A stretch of DNA of 54,497 bases, filler included, from Catajapyx aquilonaris (taxonomy: Eukaryota): NCBI GenBank assembly GCA_000934665.2. It is 2 parts of 2 records of this genome, joined end to end, with 100 filler letters (N's around TTAATTAATTAA, not from the genome) between each part and the next. Parts side by side here need not be neighbours in the genome. Positions count along the whole stretch, not along the records: positions 27,285 to 54,497 come from JYFJ02005093.1; 1 more part is not named here. The stretch is one strand, 5' to 3'. The notes beneath the pieces are model-generated. The model saw only the letters and a program-made list of their open reading frames with translations. It ran no database searches and was not told the origin of the DNA. The position numbers and the translations under genes are program-made. Shown piece after piece: positions 49,763 through 54,497 of this stretch. The first letter of the stretch is position 1; every line of letters starts with the position of its first letter.

Positions 49763-51254
49763 ATATGCCCTGACAGTGTGACGGGAAGTCAGGAGATGAT
49801 GTTTCAGGCGGTGGGAAAATTCCCGAAACCGCTGGCAGAGTCGCCTTATCCGTGTGTCCTGGTGGCCCTTGCCCGTCTTATGTCAACTCCTACGCTCACA
49901 CGTGTATAGTCTTGTGCCTGAGACTGTTCGGTGGCCATCAGTCTCACTGGAAAGAACGTCATATTGACACTTAGACACTTAATTTTTTGGCCTTATTCTG
50001 TCAATCTCTCTACTACACGCGAGTACGTACGTCCCAAATAATTGGTTTTTCTCGAATATAAATGACAAACACCTCGTCCGATGATGCAGACACCATTGCT
50101 GCAGCCAGCTTTTTTTCTGACCAAGGAACCGGCAGGAATTGGAACAGGCAAGGCGAGGTGGGGTCGCGGGGAGGGGTGGGCAACATGGCGCGAAAGGTCT
50201 CGACCAATCGTGGAGGCAGCGTAGGACGTAGCGAAGTACCAGAGCCTCGCTGCGTTCCCAAACTTTCCACCCCAATTTTTGGTTTCAAGAAGGCCCTCCG
50301 GGCTCAGCGCGGCGCCACGAGCACCAGTGTGACAGGGCCGGCGAAGGAAAGTTGGCTCGCTGGGGCCCGCGCAAGCGACGCAGCGTGTGTATGACGGACC
50401 CATAATAGGAAAACTGGCAGTCAGTGTATTCGTTGGCCCAAAACAAGTCGAAATTGTCACCATTTTGTAACAAGTAAATAAATGGACTCATGAAATTATT
50501 TGAGATGGTTTTGTTTTTTAAAGAAGTGTTTTTCTTAGCATATGTGTATAGGAAGTAGAGGGGCACGAGTCCAAAAAGTCAACTAATAGATCATTTTTAA
50601 AGTGCCACAAACCAACATTTCAGCCCCATTAAGATACCCTTAAAACCTCGGGAGGCATGTTGTTATTCTTTATATTCATGTAAGTTTGGTTGTATTAGCC
50701 TTGTGACGAGCGGTTTGGTTCGATGGTGGTGAGATAGAAATATAGGGCAACTGAGATCGTGTTCAAGTCCTCTTTAATGTGGGCCAACAAAATAGTAAGT
50801 GAAATGGAAGTAAAGGATAGTGTGGGGTAGGTGGGGAGTGACCTCCTCCTACGGATATGCTCCGATAGGAAGAAGCCTCGATTCGGAGACAGAGTGAGTT
50901 TATATACATATCATAACCCTAGGGCGTGATGGGAAAGAGACATGTCAGTCAATAACAGCACTCAAAGTAGGAGAAGTCCATCTAGCGATGAAAGTTGAAA
51001 GTTCTCCGGTCACAGCCTACTCATCATTTCAGGATTTATTGCCTCTGGTGTGTAACCATTTTGATTTGTGCAATTATCAATTTTTTGCTTGTGCCCCTGC
51101 TCCGGCTGCTTACGTGTGGACCTTTCCCCCGACCCATATGCCCCGACCTGGATTTTGAACTGAGGACTTACACCACCAGGTGATGCACACAAAGCAGGGG
51201 CCATGTTTGTTTAACCAAATATTAGTTAGGAAAAAATTATTGCACCTGACTTAC

Positions 51255-51830
51255 CCATGAAATCCCACGGATTATTTGGGTGAGCGTGTATCATGCGCCT
51301 CCCCAGAGACGCATGGAATGATTCTAGGCCAAATCCAGGCCAAAGACCGAGAAGGCCTCGGGACCCCCACGCACCATCCACTGTCTATTGAAATAGTTAA
51401 AGAATGTGGCGCATGTGGATCCTACCCCCACGCTGTCCGCATGGGACTGGATTGTGTGAAATGCATCCTCGATGTGAGGTGCAGGAACGAGAGCCAGGAC
51501 CATCGTCAGCTGGATCACCAGCTTTACATTTTCATTCCTATGGGCTTCCTGGCGTAACCCTATATGCTGGTGACCTTTCTGGCTATCGCCTGATGGGACA
51601 ATAAAAATAATTGTTATGAAGTACGTAGTGGTATCTGTTGTGCATATTGAATATCCCAACAATGGAACAGGTACTGACATAATTTATTATCTTCATATGA
51701 ACCACTACTTGGACCTCACCTGACAGAAATGGAACCACCAGCCATGTAATGCTGCTGTAGGAAGCACTATTGCCAATGCATTTCGTACACCAGTTTCATA
51801 ATCTGTAAGGATTGACGTTGGGGTCCACCA
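51255..51830 (-). mobile_element. MULE transposase fragment retaining an intron
   Basis: TPTSILTDYETGVRNAL...HGWWFHFCQ followed by GTGAG; next exon LALVPAPHIEDAF...FFNYFNRQWM...FSVFG. Confidence 0.8.
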
Positions 51831-51979
51831 GCCATTGATTCTGTGCACATCCTTTCGTAGCTCATTTTCCTGATCGCGGTAAATGCTCTTAATATTCAAA
51901 CTAAATGCCATGCCGTATGCATATGCTGTAACATACTGTATATAAATAATTATTATATGTAACACATTGGCCATTGCCC

Positions 51980-52146
51980 ATCCCTCTTGGAGCTGCCTTC
52001 ATTGGAATAAACTGGTTGAAAGATCTCTTCTAGGTCCTCTGCCGTTAGAGGCCTTGACCCGTTGTCGCATAACATATGTTCGAAGGATCCTGGGTTTTTG
52101 ATAACTTCATCAAGGAAACCAAGGGTCTTCAACCCATCCTTAAATC
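51980..52146 (-). pseudogene. G2E3-like HECT domain exon fragment
   Basis: Acceptor TTCAG, then FKDGLKTLGFLDEVIKNPGSFEHMLC...LTAEDLEEIFQPVYSNEGSSKR. Confidence 0.6.
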
Positions 52147-52292
52147 TGAAGAAAAACACGAATAAAGATATAGGAACACTGAAAATACCTGAAAATTTAT
52201 TGCACCCTGGGAAGTGCAAGCAATGCCATGTACACAGAGAAAAATTTACGAGTCAAATGACGAGTCTTCTTAGTCACGTGACGATACAAATT

Positions 52293-52582
52293 TGACTAGC
52301 CTTGGCTAGTCAGCCCACTAGTCGTTCCTAGTCAGCCAACTAGCCTCTCCTCGTCACTTGACTAGTCTTCCCTAGTCAGCCCACTGACCTTTCTTCGTCA
52401 CTTGGCTAGCCTTGGATTGTCAGCCCACTGGCCTGGAAGAATCACTTGACTAGTCTTCACAGTCAACCTACTAGCCTCTCCTCGTCAACCTACTACCTTG
52501 GAAGAATCACTTGACTTGTCTTCACTGTCAACCTACTAGCCTGTCCTCGTCAATATACTAGCCTGGAAGAATCACTTGACTA
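52293..52582. repeat. Degenerate minisatellite (GACTAG/CTAGTCA/CACTTGACT units)
   Basis: Directly visible repeated ~20-40-bp units. Confidence 0.85.
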
Positions 52583-53194
52583 CCATCCTCTTCCGATATG
52601 TAAGACATGGCTGTGAGAAATATGAGCGCTCTCCATGCCCGGGAAGTGGCTTAATTAGGCGTGATAAATAAATAAATAAATAAATGTGCAAATTTTGTCC
52701 TTTATTAAGAAAATGCACTCACACCTTAACATCTAAGGGCCTTCAGAAAGTTCACAAGGGAGCGTCTCTTCGACTTAACGCTGCACCCCAATCCAAATAT
52801 CTCCTCCAGAGCACCAATAGTGGCACCACTGCCCTTGACATACTTGATGTCTAACACGGCATGGAGGGCCAGATATCCTGCTACAGCTAGAATTATTCCC
52901 TCTGCTGAGAAAATAGTGACCCCTTCTCCTACAACCTTAAACTTGCTTGCATTCGGGGTCCTGAGGTTTGCTCATGTCATCCTCCAGCAACAAAACTGGT
53001 GCTGGATTTCCATCATCATTTTTGGCCTGAAAATATGGCAGAACTTATGAGTGATTGAAATACAGTGTGCATCAATATTACATGATATGATTATGTTGGA
53101 TACTGCTGTATTGACAAAATAACAAGTCAAAAGGTGCCTGTTTCAGGATGAAATGGAGTGTCTGGGGATCTCATTTGAAGAAGTTTATGCTGCA

Positions 53195-53402
53195 CTAGCT
53201 GGGGCACCCGGCGTCGGCCGGGTTCATTTTTATTGAGCAGCTTAGCTAGCGAAAGGAAATGACATTGTAAGAGTAGTGATGTGTCACTGAAAGGTCAATT
53301 GTCATGAGACTCATGACATACTGCACCGGTGGCTCTTTTGATCCCCCATCCATGTGCAAAATTTCAGCTCAGTAGCTTAAAAACTGTGCAAATGCATCCC
53401 CG

Positions 53403-53434
<32 letters not shown>

Positions 53435-53448
53435 TCCTCGTTTATAGA
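53195..53448 (-). mobile_element. Short non-autonomous Helitron-like element with (CTGT)n
   Basis: Minus strand: 5' TC at 53448, (CTGT)n tract, 3' hairpin CCCGGC-CGAC-GCCGGG followed by CTAG-T. Confidence 0.7.
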
Positions 53449-53666
53449 CATACTGTAGATGAGCATAAGGACGACTGAGCCTTGGGAAATGCAAACTGCC
53501 ACATGCATGCACTATTTATTGGCTATTCATGAGAGTAAATCATGCTGATTTTTATAGGCTGTTTCACAGCCACCCCTCCCACCAGAATATTCAGAATGTC
53601 AGTTATGCAAGATCACAATCGGTGAACCCTCGGCTACCAGTTTTGTTTAGCATATTTTAAGATTAA

Positions 53667-53791
53667 GGGCCGGTTTCACCGAGCTTGGTATATGATAAAG
53701 CCAGGTTTCTTTAGGAAAATCCATACAAATAGATAGGGATTTTGAGCAATACCCTGGTTTTATCATATACTGAGCTCGGTGAAACCGGCCC
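53667..53791. mobile_element. Tourist/Harbinger-type MITE
   Basis: TIR GGGCCGGTTTCACCGAGCT / AGCTCGGTGAAACCGGCCC with TAA/TTA flanks; nearly fully palindromic. Confidence 0.88.
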
Positions 53792-54358
53792 TTACTTTCT
53801 CGCCTGTTTTTCAAAGTATCTTACATACAACCCTGAAATTCATCAGTGCAGGTAGAAATATTTACCCGAAAGAAGTCCTCGGTTTTGTCGCCCATGATCC
53901 CAGGCAGTGAGGAGATGAGCTCCTGTTTGAATCCTGAAATAAGATATAATTTTTGTTCAGTTGCTGCTTTCATATACACGTGTACCCTGCAACAATAACT
54001 TGGCCAAATTTATGCACATGCCCATGGCCACCTGTAATTGGCCTTTACACAGAATGGAACATACCAGGGTTTTCCAGGCCACAGCTCAATCCCTTCGTTA
54101 TGCCACTGGGGAGGCGTTGCACATTCGTGTTCAGTTGCTCAATCATGTCTATTTTTTTTCTGCGAAGTAGGCTACCTCCCGGATAAGCTAATGGAATTCA
54201 AAAAGTGGAATTAAGTATGGTAATGACTAAGTAACAGCATTTGGAAAATTCATGCAACTTAATGCACCTCCTTCGCATCGCCCAAGTCACTAAACAATCT
54301 TTGATGGGCTTGTTGGACAGATGGCGAATTGGTAATATGATGTCCATCAGCTGCTTAA

Positions 54359-54497
54359 AGGGACACTCCACTCAAAATACAAGTTGTGTTCTAAAAATCG
54401 GGCAAGAAATCCTTATTCCGAGGGTATAAGCAGTTTTTCTGAGAGACGAACGGTAAGGCCAGGGCGAGCCGTCAAAGTTCGGAAATTCGAATCTGGC
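54359..54497 (+). mobile_element. Kolobok-like transposon terminus, runs off the window end
   Basis: TTAA-AGGGACACTCCACTCAAAATACAAGTTG...; similar to the inverted copy at 30054-29987. Confidence 0.6.

Noticed and set aside
52293..52582. CRISPR-like array
   Set aside because: Eukaryotic context, degenerate units and no unique spacers; it is a minisatellite.

Overview
Eukaryotic (insect-like arthropod) genomic DNA in two parts, joined by an artificial N-run/TTAATTAATTAA/N-run linker (27185-27284), so their adjacency is unproven. The left part (1-27184) is gene-dense. It holds ENOSF1 (+), a DEG/ENaC pickpocket-type channel (-), an ankyrin-repeat/SOCS-box gene (-), NDUFS5 (-), an intact hAT/Buster transposase ORF with splice sites upstream of NDUFS5 (-), an acyl-CoA desaturase (-), several MITEs/mariner relics and a gap-truncated Sola2-like element. 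The right part (27285-54497) has no intact host gene. It is a mosaic of about 28 recognisable short coding fragments from many unrelated transposon superfamilies, host-like genes and a dsRNA virus, all on the minus strand, resembling a uni-strand piRNA-cluster-like archive. Highlights: (1) this same-strand mosaic; (2) an orbivirus-like VP3/T2 inner-capsid endogenous viral element inside it; (3) a ~405-bp LTR-like insert with a TATA box and two tandem histone-type 3' stem-loops but no poly(A) signal; (4) a probably domesticated Buster exon that could form a bicistronic message with NDUFS5. All family assignments come from motif recognition by eye; no searches were run.
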